32,000 nucleotides of DNA from Deinococcus radiodurans R1 = ATCC 13939 = DSM 20539. GTDB taxonomy: Bacteria; Deinococcota; Deinococci; Deinococcales; Deinococcaceae. The stretch covers positions 1,217,602 to 1,249,601 of the forward strand of contig NC_001263.1 in assembly GCF_000008565.1 (NCBI RefSeq). Reading direction: 5' to 3'. The notes below the pieces were generated by a model. That model did no database searches and was not told the DNA's origin. It was given only the letters and a program-made list of their open reading frames with translations. Below, in pieces: positions 30,075 to 32,000 of the stretch; position 1 is the stretch's first letter; every line of letters starts with the position of its first letter. The position numbers and the translations under genes were made by a program.

Positions 30075-30112
30075 AGAGGGTTTGGGGCAAAGAGGGTTTA
30101 GGGCAAAGAGCG
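30075..30112. repeat. 16-bp tandem direct repeat, 2.4 copies, in the citE-like/maoC spacer
   Basis: AGAGGGTTTGGGGCAA (30075-30090), AGAGGGTTTAGGGCAA (30091-30106), AGAGCG (30107-30112). There is one mismatch between the full copies. Confidence 0.85.
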
Positions 30113-30113
30113 T

Positions 30114-30968
30114 TCAGGCTTCGTGGCTCAGCAGAGTGCGGGCTTTGGCGAGCATCGGCTCGTCCACCATCTGCCCCTCAAAACTAAAGGCGCCGTGGCC
30201 CCGTTGCGCGGCGGCGGCGGCAGCATCGAGCAGGGCGCGGGCACGGGCACGGTCGGCCTCGGTCGGCCCGAAATATTCGTGGGCAAGGGCTACCTGCGCC
30301 GGATGGATGCAGAGTTTGCCGCTGTAGCCCAGGGCGCGGCCCTGCTCGGCGTCGGCGCGGAAGGTCTCGGGGTCGTTGAGTGCCGTCACCACGATGTCGA
30401 GCGCCGCCACTCCGGTCAGTCGCGCCGCGAGCGCCACCTGTGAGCGGGCGTAGAGGACTTCCAGTCCCCCCGGCGTGCGCTTGCCGCCCAGGTCAGTGGT
30501 GTAGTCCTCGGCACCGAAATAAGCCCAGGCGACCTCGGGCACCTCCATGATTTCGCGGGCGTTCCAGACCCCGGCTCCGGTTTCCAGACCCGCCAGGATG
30601 GGCAGCGGCAGGCTGCGCTCCTGGAGCATCTGCGCCACCTGCCGCGCCTCAGCGCCCATTTCCAGTTTGGGAACCACCACGCCGCTCAGTTCGGGGGTCA
30701 GCACACTCAGGTCGTCCTCGAAATACGGCGAGTGCAGCGCATTGACCCGCACGAACACGGCGAGGTGCGGTGCGGCGGCAATGAGGTCACGGGCCGCGTC
30801 GTGCGCCACTGGGCGGGCGGCGGCCTTCGCCTCGGCGGTGCCCGGCACGGCGTCTTCGAGGTCGATCACCACCGCGTCCGGGGCCGAGCGCGGCAATTTG
30901 GCAATCAGGTCGGCACGGTTCCCCGGCGCGAACAGCACCGAGCGGAGCAGAGCAGGAGGGGCATTCAC
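30114..30968 (-). CDS. HpcH/CitE-family acyl-CoA lyase (citrate lyase beta-like; citramalyl-/malyl-CoA lyase candidate)
   Basis: 284-aa ORF with a GTG start. [70 protein letters not shown]. Confidence 0.9.
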   Translation of the reverse strand: MNAPPALLRSVLFAPGNRADLIAKLPRSAPDAVVIDLEDAVPGTAEAKAAARPVAHDAARDLIAAAPHLAVFVRVNALHSPYFEDDLSVLTPELSGVVVPKLEMGAEARQVAQMLQERSLPLPILAGLETGAGVWNAREIMEVPEVAWAYFGAEDYTTDLGGKRTPGGLEVLYARSQVALAARLTGVAALDIVVTALNDPETFRADAEQGRALGYSGKLCIHPAQVALAHEYFGPTEADRARARALLDAAAAAAQRGHGAFSFEGQMVDEPMLAKARTLLSHEA

Positions 30969-30982
30969 GCGGCACCGTCCGG

Positions 30983-30996
30983 CAAACGAACGTTTG
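30983..30996. promoter_or_regulatory. palindrome CAAACG-AA-CGTTTG upstream of the CitE-like gene (candidate operator)
   Basis: Perfect 6-bp inverted arms with a 2-nt spacer, lying 15-28 nt upstream of GTG 30968. Confidence 0.3.
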
Positions 30997-31050
30997 TTGG
31001 CATGGCCGCAGCATAAAGCCCGCTCCGGTAGAAGGCCAGCGCGACCAGCC

Positions 31051-31266
31051 TCAGTGCGCCACGTCCTGCACCACCGGACGCAGCAACATCTCGTCGATAC
31101 AGACGTGTGCGGGGGCGCTCAGGCCATCAGCCCCAGCTACTGCGGCGCCGCTGATGTCCTGCCTTCCGCCAACAACTTGAGCTCCGTGTTGGACGATGCC
31201 CAGGCTGATGCCTTTGCTGACGTCGGTCACGGCGACCACGCGGCCCTGAAGTAGCTTTTTGTTCAC
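31051..31266 (-). CDS. small hypothetical protein (71 aa), faint TOBE/Mop-like pattern
   Basis: ORF track entry with a GTG start and moderate GC3. [26 protein letters not shown]...HVCIDEMLL loosely resembles molbindin/TOBE domains. Coding status is uncertain. Confidence 0.35.
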   Translation of the reverse strand: MNKKLLQGRVVAVTDVSKGISLGIVQHGAQVVGGRQDISGAAVAGADGLSAPAHVCIDEMLLRPVVQDVAH

Positions 31267-31388
31267 TCAGCCAACTCAGCAAAGTAACCGCTGCAACCGC
31301 TATGGGATGACCGGCGAATGACCCACCATGCACATTCCTCATAGAAGCTTCATGGCGGCATTTGGTGCAGCGGGTAGGGTAGGCGGCA

Positions 31389-31931
31389 ATGACTCGTGCG
31401 TTTCCGATTTCCATGCGTGCTCTTCGCGTCAGCGCTCTGGGCTTCCTTATCGCGGGCCTGGCATCGGCGGCGCCGCTGAAGCTGAGCAACCTGCCGGTGA
31501 CGGTGGAGCCCAACGAAAAACTGTTGACCCTGACCCCGGCGGGCATTCGCAGCGCCTTTCCCTCGGCGGCGGGCCGTCCGGGGGCCGTCTTCATGACCGA
31601 GGACCGCAAGGTGAGCGTGGCCCTCGAATGGCGCGCCGGTAAGCTGGCGCCGAACGAGGTCGAAAAGCTGGTCGCCCAGTTCCCCGCCGTGATTCGCGCT
31701 CAGGTGCCCGGCGTCAAGGCACTCAAGGCCGATTTGGTGCAGCTCGGTGGTCGCTCCTGGGCGCAGTTCATCTTCACCACCCCCGGTCAAGGCGACGACC
31801 TGCGCCGCGAACTGCTGATGACGAGCGCGGGGGGCCGGATTCTGGTGATGACCATTGCCGGCAACGTGCGCGACTACAGCCGCAATGAGGCGCTGATTCG
31901 CAATTTCGCGGGCAACGTGCGGGTCAACTGA
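31389..31931 (+). CDS. secreted hypothetical protein
   Basis: 180-aa ORF. Signal peptide MRALRVSALGFLIAGLASA|AP (from Met 9), good GC3, and TAGGGT 8 nt upstream of ATG 31389. Confidence 0.7.
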   Translation: MTRAFPISMRALRVSALGFLIAGLASAAPLKLSNLPVTVEPNEKLLTLTPAGIRSAFPSAAGRPGAVFMTEDRKVSVALEWRAGKLAPNEVEKLVAQFPAVIRAQVPGVKALKADLVQLGGRSWAQFIFTTPGQGDDLRRELLMTSAGGRILVMTIAGNVRDYSRNEALIRNFAGNVRVN

Positions 31932-32000
31932 GGCCCGTCCAACTTCCCCTGCTTCGTTACCCGCGCGGTTCCCGCCCCGCAATGCGGTTCCTGCTCCTTC

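Noticed and set aside
31982-32000. Possible start of a further + strand gene (ATG 31982, MRFLLL...)
   Set aside because: Only six codons remain before the window ends, which is too little to support a call.

Overview
High-GC bacterial chromosomal segment. Gene content and protein sequences (Thermus-type homocitrate synthase, paralogous Bcp and Nudix genes, many -10 hexamers sitting directly in front of start codons) point to Deinococcus, probably D. radiodurans or a close relative; this identification is from memory and was not searched. I support about 34 protein-coding genes and found no rRNA, tRNA, CRISPR array or IS element. Gene order: tilS (5' part) | bcp-like, bcp, hypothetical, degenerate Nudix | membrane protein | Ser/Thr kinase | accA, accD | LapA-like | IclR | feoC-like, feoB, feoA, hypothetical, NodB deacetylase, MFS | GT2 | GT4 | deacetylase/YkoP-like | multi-GAF/PAS histidine kinase (frame broken twice), DUF4388 | low-GC minor-pilin operon (763-aa PilX_N-anchored protein, FimT/GspH-like, PilV-like, PilW-like) | dynamin-like GTPase | CDF transporter | DUF1990-like | homocitrate synthase, MaoC dehydratase, CitE-like lyase | small ORF | secreted protein. 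Many neighbours are translationally coupled (ATGA/GTGA overlaps). Main points of interest: (1) the compositionally distinct minor-pilin operon with its giant cap-type protein and the divergent DUF4388/orphan-kinase pair; (2) a sensor kinase readable only across two compensating frameshifts; (3) a GT4/GT2/MFS/deacetylase cluster that resembles a glycolipid synthesis-and-flipping module; (4) a CitE-MaoC pair feeding directly into homocitrate synthase across an AT-rich repeat-bearing spacer; (5) widespread leaderless-type promoter geometry. Function calls rest on motif recognition by eye, with no database search.
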